Shown piece by piece: positions 1-11,979 of a DNA stretch of 64,000 bases. This DNA comes from an uncultured Actinomycetota bacterium. Its GTDB lineage: Bacteria; Actinomycetota; Actinomycetes; CAVWCF01. Each line of letters begins with the position of its first letter. Within the stretch, counting starts at the first letter, position 1. A program made the position numbers and the translations under genes. A model generated the notes under the pieces. That model saw only the letters and a list, made by a program, of their open reading frames with translations, did no database searches and was not told where the DNA came from. Location of the stretch: contig CAVWCF010000001.1 in the NCBI GenBank assembly GCA_963753435.1, forward strand, positions 1,152,001 to 1,216,000, in the 5' to 3' direction.

Positions 1-1186
1 CGGTGGGACCGGATGACTCCAGCCCGCACTTGTCGGTTCGGCATCGGCCTCGGAGTCGGTCGCGTCGGTCCGCAGGCTGCGCGCCTCGAACGCGAACGAC
101 GCCGCCAGAGGCTCCGAGCACGACAACCGCAGCGGCGATCAGCCAGGTCTGGGTGTCCACGCCCTCCAACCGGAAGGCCCGCACGCCGGACACCAGCACG
201 ATCCAGCCCAGGGAGACCGGGATGAGCACCTTCCAGCCCAGCGACATGAACTGGTCGTAGCGGTACCGCGGCAGCGTTCCCCGCAGCCAGATGAACAGGA
301 ACACGAATCCGAACAACTTCAGCAGGAACCAGCCGAAGCCCAGCCAGCCACCGTCGGGCAGCCCGAACGGCGCCTGCCAGCCGCCGAGGAACAGGGTCGC
401 CGCCAGCGCGGAAACGGTGAGCATGTTCACGTACTCGGCCAGGAAGAAGACCGCGAACTTCAGCGAGGAGTACTCGGTGTGGAATCCGCCGACCAGTTCG
501 CCCTCGGCCTCGGGCAGGTCGAACGGCGCCCGGTTGGTCTCACCGACCATCGAGATCACGTAGATGACGAACGCCGGCGCCAGGGTGATGCCGAACCACA
601 GGTTGGCTTGGGCGTCCACGATGCCCGAAGTGCTCATCGTGGAGGCGTACAAGAAGACGGCAACGAACGACAGCCCCATCGCGATCTCGTAGGAGATCAT
701 CTGCGCGCTGGAGCGCAGGCTGCCCAGCAGCGGGTAGGTGGACCCGGATGCCCACCCGCCGAGCACGATTCCGTAGATGCCGATGGACGCGATCGCGACG
801 ATGTAGAGCACGGCGACCGGGAAGTCGGTCAACTGCAGCAGGGTCGACTCCCCGAAGATGCTGACCACACCGGCCAGCGGGATCACCGCGAAAGTAAGGA
901 AAGCCGCGATCGTGGAGATGATCGGGGCGAGGATGAATACGGCCTTGTTGGCCCCGGCCGGGACGATGTCCTCCTTGAACGCCAACTTGATGCCGTCGGC
1001 CAGACCCTGCAGCAGCCCGAAGGGGCCGACCCGGTTCGGTCCGACGCGCATCTGCATGCGGGCGACGATGCGTCGTTCCCCCCAGATGGTCAGCAGCACC
1101 GACACCACGAGGAACACGAAGACGCCGAGGGCCTTGACCAGCACCAGCCAGAACGGGTCGTCGTACAGAACAGTCAGGTCGGTCAT
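1..1186 (-). CDS. nuoH: NADH-quinone oxidoreductase subunit H (3' end runs off window)
   Basis: Manual translation from ATG at 1186: [60 protein letters not shown]...; ATGA overlap with nuoG stop; not in the ORF track because it has no stop in the window. Confidence 0.95.
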   Translation of the reverse strand, partial: MTDLTVLYDDPFWLVLVKALGVFVFLVVSVLLTIWGERRIVARMQMRVGPNRVGPFGLLQGLADGIKLAFKEDIVPAGANKAVFILAPIISTIAAFLTFAVIPLAGVVSIFGESTLLQLTDFPVAVLYIVAIASIGIYGIVLGGWASGSTYPLLGSLRSSAQMISYEIAMGLSFVAVFLYASTMSTSGIVDAQANLWFGITLAPAFVIYVISMVGETNRAPFDLPEAEGELVGGFHTEYSSLKFAVFFLAEYVNMLTVSALAATLFLGGWQAPFGLPDGGWLGFGWFLLKLFGFVFLFIWLRGTLPRYRYDQFMSLGWKVLIPVSLGWIVLVSGVRAFRLEGVDTQTWLIAAAVVVLGASGGVVRVRGAQPADRRDRLRGRCRTDKCGLESSGPT

Positions 1187-3597
1187 GACGCGCCTCCGAT
1201 CTGGACGACGTCGCCGGGCTGGGCGCCAATCGCGTTGATGCGGGACCCGGCGGAGTTGCCTGGCACCCAGACCACACCGTCTGCGGCTGCCACGATCTGC
1301 GCGGGCAAGGTGATCGCCCCGTTCGGCCCGGTGACGGTCACCTCGTCACCGTCGCCAACGCCGATGGCCGTGGCGGTGGCCGCGGACAAGCGGGCGCGAA
1401 CGTCGCGCTGCGTGCCGGCCAGGGCCGATTCGCCGCGCTGCAGCACGCCCTGGTCGAGCAACTGCCGCCACGAGGCCAGCACCACCTGGCCCGGTTCGAC
1501 GTCGGCCGCGGCCGACGCGGGCGCGGTCGGATCGGGTGCGCGCCCGCCGTCCCAGTCACCGAACTCCGCCAGCTCCGACCGCAGCGCGGACACGCTGCCG
1601 GGCCCGAACTCGACGCCGAGTTCGGCGGCCAGCAGTGCGAGCACGCGGCCGTCGGGCACCAGGTCGGACTGCAGCACCGTCTCGAACGGGCGCGGTCGTC
1701 CCTCCCAGTCGACGAACGTGCCGGACTTCTCCGGTGCAGCGGCCACGGGCAGCACGACGTCGGCGTGGTCGAGGACCTCCGAACCGGCAATCTCCAGGCT
1801 GACCACGAAGGCCCGCTGCAACGCCGTCCGCGCCAACTCCGGGTCGGGCAGGTCCGCGATCTCAACACCGCCGACAACCAAGGCCGCCAGGTCCCCGGCA
1901 GCAGCGGCGGCGAGGATTCCGGAGACGTCGCGACCGACCGTCTCCGGCAACGCTTCCGCGCCCCAGACCGCAGCCGCATCCACCCGCGCCGCCGCGTCTG
2001 CGACGGAACGGCCGCCGGGCAGCAGCCCGGGCAGCGTGCCGGCGTCGACCGCACCGCGCTCACCGGCACGTCGAGGCACCCAGGCGAGCCGGGCGCCGGT
2101 GGCATCAGCCAGCCGGATCGCTGCCGACAAGGCGCCAGGGCTAACGGCGAGACGCTCGCCGACGAGCAGGATGGCGCCCTCGGTCTGCAGCGCGTCACCG
2201 GCGGCGGCCGAAATCTCGTCGGCACCGCCGGTGCGCAACGAGTCCAGGACCTGGGCCTCGGTTCCGGGCACGGTCGGGAGCAGGGTGCCGCCGACGCGTC
2301 GCAGCGCGGGCGTTTCGGTGGCGGCGATGTCATAGACACGCAGGCGCCGCTTGCGGGCGGCCTTGCGCAGCCGCAGGAAGAGGATCGGCGACTCCTCCTC
2401 CGGCTCCAGGCCGACCAGGACGACGGCGGGCGCGCGCTCCAAGTCCGCGTAGGTGACGCCGATTCCGTCGCCGGCAACGCGCGCGGCGAGGAACTGCGCT
2501 TCCTCGTCGGAATGGGCTCGCGCCCGGTGGTCGATGTCGTTGGTGCCCAGCACCACGCGGGCGAACTTGCTGTACGCGTACGCGTCTTCAGCGGTCACCC
2601 GGCCACCGGGCAGCACCCCGACCTTGGCGGACTGCAGGCCTTCGGCGGCGGCAATCAGCGCCTCCGGCCAGGAGGCTTCGCGCAGTTCGCCGTCGCTGCG
2701 GACCAGCGGGGTGCGAAGTCGATCGGCGGCGGTCACGTAACGGAACGCGAACCGGCCCTTGTCGCAGTTCCACTCCTCGTTGACCTCGGGGTCGTCACCG
2801 GCCAGCCGGCGCATGACCTTGCCGCGGCGGTGATCCGCACGCAGGGAGCAGCCGGCCGCGCAGTGCTCACACGTCGTGGGGCTGCTGACCAGGTCGAACG
2901 GCCGGGCGCGGAACCGGTAGGCGGCGCTGGTGAGCGCGCCGACCGGACAGATCTGAATCGTGTTGCCGCTGAAGTACGACTCGAACGGGTCGTCCTCGTA
3001 GATGCCGACCTGCTGCAACGCCCCGCGTTCGAGCAACTCGATGAACGGGTCGCCGGCGACCTGGTTGGAGAACCGGGTGCAGCGCGCGCACAGGACGCAG
3101 CGCTCTCGGTCCAGCAGCACCTGCGAGGAGATCGGTACCGGCTTGTCGAACTCGCGCTTCTTGCCTTCGAAGCGGGACTCCGCCGGGCCATCGCTCATGG
3201 CCTGGTTCTGCAGCGGGCACTCGCCGCCCTTGTCGCAGATCGGGCAGTCCAGCGGGTGGTTGATGAGCAGCAGTTCCAGCACGCCGGTCTGCGCCTTGTC
3301 GGCGACCGGCGACGTCGCCTGCGTGCGCACGACCATGCCCTCGGACACCGTGGTCGTGCAGGAGGCCAGCGGCTTGCGCTGCCCCTCGACCTCGACGAGG
3401 CACTGGCGGCACGCGCCGACCGGCTCAAGCAACGGGTGGTCGCAGAAGCGCGGGATCTGCACGCCGATCAGCTCCGCGGCGCGGATGACCAGGGTGCCCT
3501 TGGGCACGGACACCGACACGTCGTCGATGGTCAGCGTGATGAGGTCCTGGGCGGGCAGGTCCGGCGTCCCGGCGTCGTTGGTGGCGATGACTGTCAT
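1183..3597 (-). CDS. nuoG: NADH-quinone oxidoreductase subunit G
   Basis: [39 protein letters not shown] and CDKGRF Fe-S motifs; operon position. Confidence 0.97.
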   Translation of the reverse strand: MTVIATNDAGTPDLPAQDLITLTIDDVSVSVPKGTLVIRAAELIGVQIPRFCDHPLLEPVGACRQCLVEVEGQRKPLASCTTTVSEGMVVRTQATSPVADKAQTGVLELLLINHPLDCPICDKGGECPLQNQAMSDGPAESRFEGKKREFDKPVPISSQVLLDRERCVLCARCTRFSNQVAGDPFIELLERGALQQVGIYEDDPFESYFSGNTIQICPVGALTSAAYRFRARPFDLVSSPTTCEHCAAGCSLRADHRRGKVMRRLAGDDPEVNEEWNCDKGRFAFRYVTAADRLRTPLVRSDGELREASWPEALIAAAEGLQSAKVGVLPGGRVTAEDAYAYSKFARVVLGTNDIDHRARAHSDEEAQFLAARVAGDGIGVTYADLERAPAVVLVGLEPEEESPILFLRLRKAARKRRLRVYDIAATETPALRRVGGTLLPTVPGTEAQVLDSLRTGGADEISAAAGDALQTEGAILLVGERLAVSPGALSAAIRLADATGARLAWVPRRAGERGAVDAGTLPGLLPGGRSVADAAARVDAAAVWGAEALPETVGRDVSGILAAAAAGDLAALVVGGVEIADLPDPELARTALQRAFVVSLEIAGSEVLDHADVVLPVAAAPEKSGTFVDWEGRPRPFETVLQSDLVPDGRVLALLAAELGVEFGPGSVSALRSELAEFGDWDGGRAPDPTAPASAAADVEPGQVVLASWRQLLDQGVLQRGESALAGTQRDVRARLSAATATAIGVGDGDEVTVTGPNGAITLPAQIVAAADGVVWVPGNSAGSRINAIGAQPGDVVQIGGAS

Positions 3598-4898
3598 GCG
3601 GGCACCGCCTCGTCGGCGAAGACCGTGGACGCGGCCGGGTCGAACGGGCAGCCGCCGTGCTCGAAGTGGGCCAGGTACTCGTCGCGGAAGTACTCAATCG
3701 ACGAGGTGATCGGGCTGGTGGCGCCGTCACCCAGCGCGCAGAAGGACCGGCCGAGGATGTTGTCGCACAGGTCCAGCAACTTGTCGAGGTCCTCCTGGCT
3801 GCCGTTGCCGGCTTCCAGGCGTTCCAGGATCTGCACCAGCCACCAGGTGCCCTCGCGGCACGGCGTGCACTTGCCGCATGACTCGTGCTTGTAGAACTCC
3901 GTCCACCGCAGCACCGCCCGCAGCACGCAGGTGGTGTCGTCGAAGATCTGCAGCGCCTTGGTGCCGAGCATCGAGCCGGCCTCGCCGACGCCCTCGTAGT
4001 CCAGCGGGACGTCCAAGTGCTCCGCGGTCAGCAGCGGCGTGGACGAACCTCCCGGCGTCCAGAACTTCAGCTCGTGCCCCTCGCGCATGCCGCCGGCGTA
4101 CTCGAGCAACTCGCGCAGCGTGATGCCCAGCGGCGCCTCGTACTGGCCCGGCTTCTGCACGTGCCCGGACAGCGAGTACAGCGTGAAGCCCTTGGACTTC
4201 TCGGTGCCGAACTGGCCGAACCAGTCGACCCCGCCGCGCACGATGGCGGGCACCGAGGCGACGGACTCGACGTTGTTGACCACGGTGGGGCAGGCGTAGA
4301 GGCCCTCGACTGCCGGGAACGGCGGCCGCAGTCGCGGCTGGCCGCGGTAGCCCTCCAGCGAGTCCAGCAGCGCGGTCTCTTCGCCGCAGATGTACGCACC
4401 GGCGCCGGCGTGCACGACCAGTTCCAGGTCGTAGCCGGTGCCGAGGATGTCCTTGCCCAGGTAGCCGGCTTCGTACGCCTCGCGGACCGCGGCCTGCAGG
4501 CGACGCAGCACGTGCAGGATCTCGCCGCGCACGTAGATGAACGCCTGATGCGCGCGGATCGCGTAGGCGGCGATGACGATGCCTTCGACCAGCACGTGCG
4601 GGTTGGCCATCATCAGCGGGGTGTCCTTGCAGGTACCCGGCTCGGACTCGTCGGCGTTGACGACCAGGTAGTGCGGCTTGTCGTCGCCCTGCGGGATGAA
4701 GCCCCACTTCATCCCGGTCGGGAAGCCCGCACCGCCGCGACCGCGCAGCCCGGAGGCCTTGATCAGGTCGATGACGTCGTCGGAGTGCATGTTCAGCGCG
4801 GTGGACAACGCCTCATAACCACCGTGGCGGCGATAGCCGTCGATGGTGAACGAGTCCGGCTCATCCCAATGCGCTGAAAGGACGGGGGTGAGGTTCAT
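3594..4898 (-). CDS. nuoF: NADH-quinone oxidoreductase subunit F
   Basis: [53 protein letters not shown]. Confidence 0.97.
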   Translation of the reverse strand: MNLTPVLSAHWDEPDSFTIDGYRRHGGYEALSTALNMHSDDVIDLIKASGLRGRGGAGFPTGMKWGFIPQGDDKPHYLVVNADESEPGTCKDTPLMMANPHVLVEGIVIAAYAIRAHQAFIYVRGEILHVLRRLQAAVREAYEAGYLGKDILGTGYDLELVVHAGAGAYICGEETALLDSLEGYRGQPRLRPPFPAVEGLYACPTVVNNVESVASVPAIVRGGVDWFGQFGTEKSKGFTLYSLSGHVQKPGQYEAPLGITLRELLEYAGGMREGHELKFWTPGGSSTPLLTAEHLDVPLDYEGVGEAGSMLGTKALQIFDDTTCVLRAVLRWTEFYKHESCGKCTPCREGTWWLVQILERLEAGNGSQEDLDKLLDLCDNILGRSFCALGDGATSPITSSIEYFRDEYLAHFEHGGCPFDPAASTVFADEAVPA

Positions 4899-5552
4899 GC
4901 GTCACCCCCGGGCATGGCCGGGGCGGTTTCGCCGCGTTCCTTGGCGATGCGCAGCCCGACCAGGCTGGCGTCACCGGCGGCAGGACCCTCGCCGGCCAGA
5001 CCGTCCTCGAACCCGGCCAGCACCCGGGAGGCCTGCTTCCAGGTGCACGACCGCCGGGCCGCGGGTGGACCGGACCTCTTCGTCGGACCGCAGTCGGTCG
5101 ACCAGCGCGCGGGCGCTGGCGGGGGTCTGGTTGTCGAAGAACTCCCAGTTGACCATCACCACCGGTGCGTAGTCGCAGGCGGCGTTGCACTCGATGTGCT
5201 CAACACTGACCTTGCCGTCCTCGGTGACGCCATCGTTGGGCAGGTCCAGGTACTCCTTGAGGTCGGCGAAGATCGCATCGCCGCCAAGCACCGCGCACAA
5301 CGTGTTGGTGCAAACGCCAACGTGGTACTCACCGACCGGGCGGCGCTTGTACTGGGTGTAGAAGGTGGCGACCGCGGCCACCTGCGCGGTGCTCAGGCCG
5401 AGTTCGTCGGCGATCACCTCGATGCCCTCGGGCGTGACGTAGCCCTCTTCGGCCTGCACCAGGTGCAGCATCGGCATGATCGCCGAGCGGCTGCGCGGGT
5501 AGCGCGCGATGATCTCGCGCATCTGCGTCCGGGTGGATTCCGTCAGTGCCAT
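4895..5552 (-). CDS. nuoE: NADH-quinone oxidoreductase subunit E (apparent frameshift near 5050)
   Basis: VATFY, VCTNTLC, ECNAACDYAPV. The expected C-terminus (CTWKQASRVLAGFEDG...GLRIAKERG...*) continues in another frame to a TGA at 4895 overlapping the nuoF ATG. Confidence 0.92.
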
Positions 5553-6952
5553 TACCGGTCAACACCGCCCATCACCGGGTCGAGGGAGGCCACGGCTGCG
5601 ATGACGTCGGCGACCTGGCCGCCCTCGCACATCGCCGGCACGGCCTGCAGGTTCGTGAAACTCGGGTCGCGGAAGTGCACGCGGTACGGCCGGGTGCCGC
5701 CGTCGCTGACGGCGTGCACGCCCAACTCACCGCGGGGGCTCTCCACCGCCGCATACGCCTGACCCGGCGGCACGCGGAAGCCCTCGGTCACCAACTTGAA
5801 GTGGTGGATGAGCGCCTCCATCGACTGACCCATGATCTTGCGGATGTGCTCGAGGCTGTTGCCGATCCCGTCGGCACCGAGCGCCAGTTGGGCCGGCCAC
5901 GCGATCTTCTTGTCCGCAACCATGACCGGACCGGGCTCCTTGAGTCGGTCCAGGCACTGCTCGACGATGTGCAGCGACTGGTACATCTCCTCCAGGCGCA
6001 CCCGGTAGCGCCCGTAGGCATCGGCGCTGTCCCAGGTGGCCACTTCGAAGTCGTACGTCTCATAGCCGCAGTACGGCTGCTCCTTGCGCAGGTCCCACGG
6101 GTAGCCGGTGGAGCGCAGCACCGGGCCGGTGATCCCCAAGGCCATGCAACCTTCGAGATCCAGGTAGCCGATGTCGACGGTGCGGCCCTTGAAGATGGGG
6201 TTGGCGTTCATCAGGTCGACGTAGTCACTCAGTCGCTGCCGCAGCAACTTCACCGCGTCGCTGATCTTGGCGCGTGCGTCGTCGGGCACGTCCTGGGCGA
6301 CACCGCCGGGGCGGATGAACGCGTGGTTCATGCGCAGGCCGGTGACGAGCTCGAACAGGTCCAGAACCACTTCGCGGTCGCGGAAGCCCGACGTCATCAC
6401 GGTCAGCGCGCCGATCTCCATGCCACCGGTGGCCAGCGCGACCATGTGGCTGGAGATGCGGTTCAACTCCATCAGCATCACGCGGATGACGCTGGCGCGG
6501 TCGGGGATCTGCTCGGTGATGCCGAGCAGCTTCTCCACCGCCAGGCAGTACGCGGTCTCGTTGTAGAAGGGCGACAGGTAGTCCATGCGCGTTACGAACG
6601 TGACGCCTTGCGTCCACGTCCGGAACTCCATGTTCTTCTCGATGCCCGTGTGCAGGTAGCCGATACCGCAGCGGGCTTCCGTGACGGACTCGCCTTCGAG
6701 TTCCAGGATCAGCCGCAGCACGCCGTGGGTGGACGGGTGCTGCGGGCCCATGTTCACAACGATGTGCTCGTCGCGAACCTCGCCCACGTCGCGGACCAGG
6801 TCGTCCCAGTCCTGCCCGCTGACGGTGAAGACACGGCCCTCAGTGGTCTCCGTCTGCGGCGCGTAGAAGTCCTGGCCCTCGGCGCCGTCGCTCTTGCCGG
6901 CGCCGTCGCCGGTGCCGTCGCCGGTGGATGTGAAGGTGATGTTCTCGCTCAC
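5552..6952 (-). CDS. nuoD: NADH-quinone oxidoreductase subunit D
   Basis: [33 protein letters not shown]-terminal DPVMGGVDR. Confidence 0.97.
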   Translation of the reverse strand: MSENITFTSTGDGTGDGAGKSDGAEGQDFYAPQTETTEGRVFTVSGQDWDDLVRDVGEVRDEHIVVNMGPQHPSTHGVLRLILELEGESVTEARCGIGYLHTGIEKNMEFRTWTQGVTFVTRMDYLSPFYNETAYCLAVEKLLGITEQIPDRASVIRVMLMELNRISSHMVALATGGMEIGALTVMTSGFRDREVVLDLFELVTGLRMNHAFIRPGGVAQDVPDDARAKISDAVKLLRQRLSDYVDLMNANPIFKGRTVDIGYLDLEGCMALGITGPVLRSTGYPWDLRKEQPYCGYETYDFEVATWDSADAYGRYRVRLEEMYQSLHIVEQCLDRLKEPGPVMVADKKIAWPAQLALGADGIGNSLEHIRKIMGQSMEALIHHFKLVTEGFRVPPGQAYAAVESPRGELGVHAVSDGGTRPYRVHFRDPSFTNLQAVPAMCEGGQVADVIAAVASLDPVMGGVDR

Positions 6953-7707
6953 GCGTACCCCCTGCGCTGGTCCGGCGGCGGGATGGTTGCGCCCTTGTAC
7001 TCCACGGGAATGCCACCGAGGGGGTAGTCCTTGCGTTGCGGGTGGCCGACCCAGTCGTCGGGCATCTCGATGCGGGTCAGCGCGGGGTGCCCGTCAAAGA
7101 TGATGCCGAAGAAGTCGTACGTCTCGCGCTCGTGCCAGTCGTTGGTCGGCCACACCGAGACCACCGACGGCAGGTGCGGATCGGAATCGGGGGCAGCGAC
7201 GTCAAGGTTGACCCGGCGGTTGTGCGTGTACGACAGCAGCGGGTAGTGCCCGTGCAGTTCCCGGCCGGTTGACTCCGGGTAGTGCACGCCGGAGACCCCC
7301 ATGCACATCTCAAAGCGCAGGTCCGGGTTGTCCCGAAGGATCTGCGAAACCGGCAACAGGTGCTCACGGCGGATGTGCAGGGTCATGTCGCCGCGGTCGA
7401 TGACGACCTTCTCGACCACGTCGCCCCAGGTCATGCCGGCGGCTTCCAGGGCGGCGGCCAGGGCGTCGGCGACGGCGTCGAAGTAGCCGCCGTAGGGACG
7501 CTCGGACTCCGCGGGGAACACCACTTGCTGCTGCAGACCGCCGTAGCCGGAGGTGTCGCCACTGCCGCTGGCGCCGAACAGCCCGGTGCGCTCGGCGATG
7601 ACCTCACCCGGTTCCAGCGTGTCGGCGGGCACGGGCGCGGCCGCGGTGGTGTCGTCGGCCGCGGCTGCAACTGCGTCGGCCTGGACCGGCGGTGTCTGAT
7701 CGCTCAC
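6949..7707 (-). CDS. nuoC: NADH-quinone oxidoreductase subunit C
   Basis: [33 protein letters not shown]. Confidence 0.96.
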   Translation of the reverse strand: MSDQTPPVQADAVAAAADDTTAAAPVPADTLEPGEVIAERTGLFGASGSGDTSGYGGLQQQVVFPAESERPYGGYFDAVADALAAALEAAGMTWGDVVEKVVIDRGDMTLHIRREHLLPVSQILRDNPDLRFEMCMGVSGVHYPESTGRELHGHYPLLSYTHNRRVNLDVAAPDSDPHLPSVVSVWPTNDWHERETYDFFGIIFDGHPALTRIEMPDDWVGHPQRKDYPLGGIPVEYKGATIPPPDQRRGYA

Positions 7708-8264
7708 CGCAGCAGCCCCTTCATCTGGCTGGTGGGCAGCGCGGTCAGCGCCTCACGCTCGGCGGCCAGTTCGGCCTTGACCTTGTTGGGGCCCAGGGGC
7801 TCGTTGGCGATCTTCTCGTGCAACTTCAGGATCGCGTCGAGCAACATCTCCGGCCGCGGCGGGCAGCCGGGCAGGTACATGTCGACCGGCACGACGTGGT
7901 CGACGCCCTGCACGATCGCGTAGTTGTTGAACATGCCGCCCGACGACGAGCACACGCCCATCGCCAGCACCCACTTCGGCTCCGGCATCTGGTCGTAGAT
8001 CTGCCGCAGGACGGGGGCCATCTTCTGGCTGACCCGACCGGCCACGATCATCAGATCAGCCTGGCGCGGGCTGGCCCGGAAGACCTCCATGCCGAAGCGG
8101 GCCAGGTCGTAGCGACCGGCGCCCGTGGCCATCATCTCGATCGCGCAGCACGCCAGGCCGAACGTGGCCGGCCACAGCGCCGACTTGCGGGCCCAACCGG
8201 CGAACTTCTCCACGGTCGTCAGCAGGACCCCGCTTGGGAGTTTCTCCTCGATGCCCGTAGCCAT
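7704..8264 (-). CDS. nuoB: NADH-quinone oxidoreductase subunit B
   Basis: [30 protein letters not shown]. Confidence 0.97.
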   Translation of the reverse strand: MATGIEEKLPSGVLLTTVEKFAGWARKSALWPATFGLACCAIEMMATGAGRYDLARFGMEVFRASPRQADLMIVAGRVSQKMAPVLRQIYDQMPEPKWVLAMGVCSSSGGMFNNYAIVQGVDHVVPVDMYLPGCPPRPEMLLDAILKLHEKIANEPLGPNKVKAELAAEREALTALPTSQMKGLLR

Positions 8265-8297
8265 CAGCGCGTCACCTCCTTGATACGTCCCACGCGA

Positions 8298-8657
8298 TCA
8301 GTCCCAATCCAGTCCGCCGCGGCGCCACACGAACACGTAGGCGACACCGAGGACCAGGATGAAGAGCAACATCTCGACGAACCCGAACAGCCCGAGGGAG
8401 TCGAACGCGACCGCCCACGGGTAGAGGAAGACGATCTCGATGTCGAAAACGATGAAGAGCATCGCCGTCAGGTAGTACTTGACCGGGAAGCGGCCGCCAC
8501 CGACCGGCTGGTCGGTGGGCTGGATGCCGCACTCGTAGGCGGCAAGCTTGGCCCGGTTGTAGACCCGCGGACCCGTGATCGCGCCGGCGACGATGGAGAT
8601 GAGCGCAAAGCCCGCGGCGATGACGCCGAGCACCACAATGGGCACGACCGGGTTCAT
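8298..8657 (-). CDS. nuoA: NADH-quinone oxidoreductase subunit A
   Basis: YECG, YYLTAMLFIVFDIE, GGLDWD. Confidence 0.97.
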   Translation of the reverse strand: MNPVVPIVVLGVIAAGFALISIVAGAITGPRVYNRAKLAAYECGIQPTDQPVGGGRFPVKYYLTAMLFIVFDIEIVFLYPWAVAFDSLGLFGFVEMLLFILVLGVAYVFVWRRGGLDWD

Positions 8658-8739
8658 GCTCCGTCTCGTCCCTTCCGTCGCGTCCCCCGTGGGCGCGGCA
8701 ATCCTAGGGGCCCGGCAGTGGTGCCCGAGCCGGGTCTGT

Positions 8740-10062
8740 TCAGGCGGCCGGGGCCACCCGCGCCAGGGCGCTGATCAGTTTGTCGTGGACGTCGCCGCCC
8801 TTGGGGTCGGTCAGGTTGGCCAGCAGTTTCAACGTGAACCGCATCAGGGCCGGGTGGCTGAGCCCGCGTTCGGTGGCCAGTTTCATCACCCGCGGGTCAC
8901 CGATCAGCTTCACGAACACGCGGCCGAGCGTGTAGTAGCCGCCCCATTCGACCTTGAGCCGCTGCGCGTAGTTGGCCAGGGCGCGTTCGCGGGCGTCGTC
9001 GGTGGTGCGGGCCAGCGCCTGCACGGCGGTTTCGGCGGCGATGCGGCCGGACTCCATGGCGTAGGCGATGCCCTCACCGTTGAACGGGTTGACCATGCCC
9101 CCGGAGTCACCGAGCAGCATCACGCCGCGGGCGTAGTGCGGGGTGCGGTTGAAGCCCATCGGCAGCGCCGCCCCGCGGATGGGCTCGGTCCGGTTGGCCT
9201 CGCGGTAACCCCAGTCTTCGGGGGTGTTGTCCAGCCACCGCCGCAGCAGTTCCTTGTAGTCGGTCGTCTGGAACGCGGGGGTGGTGTTGAGGATGCCCAG
9301 GCCGACGTTGCTGGTGCCGTCGCCCATGCCGAAGATCCAGCCGTAGCCGGGCAGCAGGTCGTCGCCGTCACGCAGTTCCAGCCAGGACTCCAGCCAGTCG
9401 TCGTCGTGGCGGGGGCTGTTGTAGTACGTGCGCACGGCGACACCCATGGGCCGGTCCGTGCGGGGGCGGCGGCCCAGTGCCAGCGCGAACCGGCTGGAGT
9501 TGCCGTCGGCGGCCAACACCAGCGGTGCGTGGAACTTCAGTTCGCCGTCGTTGTCGTCGGCGCCGGGGCCGTCCGGGGTCGCGCTGTGCTTGCCGGCCGG
9601 GCGGGCGTTGCCGGAGTTGCGAGCGGTCACCCCGATCACCCGGCCGGCCGCGTTGGTGATCGGACCGGTTACGGGGGTGCTGGTGAGCAGGTGCGCGCCG
9701 GCCTTCTCCGCGTGGCGGGCCAGCATCTCGTCGAAGTCGGCGCGACGGCGCACCAGGCCGTAGTCGGGGAAGCTGGCCAGGTCCGGCCACGGCAGGTGCA
9801 GCGTCTGCCCGCCGCCGCGGATCCGCAGCCCCTTGTTGCGCAACCAGCCGGCCTCCGGGCTGGTGTCGATGCCCATGGCGATCAGTTCGCGGGAGGCGCG
9901 GGGGGTCAGGCCGTCGCCGCAGACCTTGTCGCGGGGGAACTCCGTCTTCTCCAGCAGCAGGACGTCGAGCCCGGCCTGGGCCAGCCAGAAGGCGGCGGAT
10001 GAACCGGCCGGACCTGCGCCGACGACGATTACGTCGGCATCAGTGGTGGCGGTCACGGTCAT
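8740..10062 (-). CDS. menJ: Geranylgeranyl reductase family FAD oxidoreductase, probable menaquinone reductase
   Basis: DVIVVGAGPAG, FPRDKVCGDGL, GDSGGMVNPFNGEGI; lies between menG and nuoA. Start placed at ATG 10062 because the longer ORF start falls inside the Rex box. Confidence 0.85.
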   Translation of the reverse strand: MTVTATTDADVIVVGAGPAGSSAAFWLAQAGLDVLLLEKTEFPRDKVCGDGLTPRASRELIAMGIDTSPEAGWLRNKGLRIRGGGQTLHLPWPDLASFPDYGLVRRRADFDEMLARHAEKAGAHLLTSTPVTGPITNAAGRVIGVTARNSGNARPAGKHSATPDGPGADDNDGELKFHAPLVLAADGNSSRFALALGRRPRTDRPMGVAVRTYYNSPRHDDDWLESWLELRDGDDLLPGYGWIFGMGDGTSNVGLGILNTTPAFQTTDYKELLRRWLDNTPEDWGYREANRTEPIRGAALPMGFNRTPHYARGVMLLGDSGGMVNPFNGEGIAYAMESGRIAAETAVQALARTTDDARERALANYAQRLKVEWGGYYTLGRVFVKLIGDPRVMKLATERGLSHPALMRFTLKLLANLTDPKGGDVHDKLISALARVAPAA

Positions 10063-10151
10063 CCTCGGCTTCGGCGGTTCGGCTGCGGTTGCGGAGTTGG
10101 GCCGCTGGTTCTCGTTGGGCTGCTGGAGCCCATGAGCCCCCGGAATACGGC

Positions 10152-10169
10152 TTGTGAACGCATTCACTA
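10152..10169. promoter_or_regulatory. Rex operator (ROP) upstream of menJ-nuo
   Basis: TTGTGAA-CGCA-TTCACTA matches 13/14 specified positions of TTGTGAA-N4-TTCACAA; rex is in the window. Confidence 0.85.
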
Positions 10170-10264
10170 ACGGCTCGCCGAATCCTAACCCGCGCTGCGG
10201 CGTCGCCGCGCCCCGGTTTCGCGCTCGCTGACCGGCTTGCGACCTGATGCGTCGACGAGGTGAA

Positions 10265-10951
10265 TCAGGCGACGGCGCGGTGCAGGGCGACGATCCCGCC
10301 GCTCAGGTTGCGGTAGGCCGGTTGCGTCCACCCGGCCGCAGCGATCCGGTCCGCCAGCTCCTGCTGGTCCGGCCAGGCCTGGATCGACTCGGCCAGGTAC
10401 ACGTACGCGTCCGGGTTGCTGCTGACGCGGCGGGCGATGCCCGGCAGCGCACCCATCAGGTAATCGGAGTAGACGCGGCGGAACGGCGACCAGGTGGGGT
10501 GGGAGAACTCACACACGACCAGGCGCCCGCCGGGGCGGGTGACCCGGTGCAACTCGGCCAGGCCCGCGTCCGGGTCGTTGAGGTTGCGCAGCCCGAACGA
10601 GATGGTGACCGCGTCGAACGCGTCGTCGGCGAAGGGCAGCCGCAGCCCGTCCCCGGCCACGAACGCCAAGTCGGGCTGCCGCGAGCGGCCGACGCGCAGC
10701 ATCCCGAGGCTGAAGTCGCAGGGGACCACGTGGGCCCCGGCGTCGGCGAAGGGACGCGACGACGTTCCGGTGCCGGCGGCCAGGTCCAGCACGCGCTCGC
10801 CGGGTTCGGCGGCAACGGCCTTGACCACGGCCCGACGCCAGACTCGCGTCTGGCCGAGGGAGAGCACGTCGTTGGTGATGTCGTAGCGGTCGGCCACCTC
10901 GTCGAACATGGCCTGCACGTCGTCGGGCTGCTTGCCCAGGTCCGCCCTCAC
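10265..10951 (-). CDS. menG: Demethylmenaquinone methyltransferase
   Basis: [43 protein letters not shown]. Confidence 0.95.
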   Translation of the reverse strand: MRADLGKQPDDVQAMFDEVADRYDITNDVLSLGQTRVWRRAVVKAVAAEPGERVLDLAAGTGTSSRPFADAGAHVVPCDFSLGMLRVGRSRQPDLAFVAGDGLRLPFADDAFDAVTISFGLRNLNDPDAGLAELHRVTRPGGRLVVCEFSHPTWSPFRRVYSDYLMGALPGIARRVSSNPDAYVYLAESIQAWPDQQELADRIAAAGWTQPAYRNLSGGIVALHRAVA

Positions 10952-11045
10952 GCGCGCACCGCCCGGCGCGAGCGCGGGTGTGCAGCCCTGGCCCGGTTCA
11001 GCATGGCGTCATCCTGCCCGGTCGACGCCCCGGCAGGATGCGCGC

Positions 11046-11918
11046 ATGGCGACAGCGGCGCAGTGGTGGGCCGGCGCCCGCCCCCGCACGTTGCCCGCAG
11101 CGGTCGCGCCGGTGGTGGCCGGCACGGGGGCCGCGGCTGCCGTCGACGGCTTCGTGGCGTGGAAGGCCCTGCTTGCCCTGGTGGTGGCAGTGGCCCTGCA
11201 GGTCGGGGTCAACTACGCCAACGACTACTCCGACGGCGTGCGCGGCACCGACGCCGATCGCGTGGGGCCGATGCGGCTGGTCGGGTCCGGGGTGGCGGCG
11301 CCGACGTCGGTGAAACGCGCGGCCGGGGTCAGTTTCGCCGTGGCCGCCGTGGCCGGGTTCGTCCTGGCCGCCACCAGTGGGTGGTGGCTACTGCTCGTCG
11401 GCGCCGCCGCGATCGCCTCGGCCTGGCTGTACACCGGCGGCCCGCGGCCATACGGCTACGCGGGGCTGGGCGAGCTGTTCGTGTTCGTGTTCTTCGGCCT
11501 GGTCGCGGTGGCCGGGACCACTTACGTGCAGGCCGGGCGGATCACCGAACCCAGCGTGCTCGCCGCGATCGGCGTCGGCTTGTTCGCGGTGGCGATCCTG
11601 GTGGCCAACAACCTGCGCGACATCCCGTCCGACAGCCTTGCGGGCAAGCGCACCCTGGCGGTGCGACTGGGCGACCGCAGGACGCGCGCCCTCTACAGCT
11701 TGGCGGTGGTCCTTCCAGTGGGCCCGTTGCTGGGTCTGGCGTATTCGGACTACCCGTGGTTGTGGGCCGGGTTGGTCGCCTTCATCCCGGCGCTGATCGC
11801 TGATCGAGCCGTGCGCCGTGGCGCCGTCGGCGCGGACCTCATCCCGGTCCTGGTCAACACCGGGCGGGCGCTGCTCATCTACGGGATCGCGTTCGGCGTC
11901 GGGCTGGCCATCGGCTGA
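11046..11918 (+). CDS. menA: 1,4-dihydroxy-2-naphthoate polyprenyltransferase
   Basis: GARPRTL, NYANDYSDGVRGTD, YTGGPRPYGY, NNLRDIPSD..GKRTLAV. Confidence 0.95.
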   Translation: MATAAQWWAGARPRTLPAAVAPVVAGTGAAAAVDGFVAWKALLALVVAVALQVGVNYANDYSDGVRGTDADRVGPMRLVGSGVAAPTSVKRAAGVSFAVAAVAGFVLAATSGWWLLLVGAAAIASAWLYTGGPRPYGYAGLGELFVFVFFGLVAVAGTTYVQAGRITEPSVLAAIGVGLFAVAILVANNLRDIPSDSLAGKRTLAVRLGDRRTRALYSLAVVLPVGPLLGLAYSDYPWLWAGLVAFIPALIADRAVRRGAVGADLIPVLVNTGRALLIYGIAFGVGLAIG

Positions 11919-11979
11919 GCCCGGTCGATCGCGCCGGTCCGCTCGCCGCTGATGGCGGCGCCGCCTACGCTCACCGCCT

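Noticed and set aside
4895-5552. Programmed frameshifting or pseudogenisation of nuoE (also menE, hemL, proline dehydrogenase)
   Set aside because: No slippery sequences were recognised. Scattered single indels in core genes are better explained by consensus errors; reads are needed to confirm.
479-8774. Long plus-strand ORFs antisense to nuo genes (and similar ones opposite ccs, hem and men genes)
   Set aside because: These are shadow ORFs expected from high GC3 codon bias; they have no motifs and fully overlap well-supported genes.
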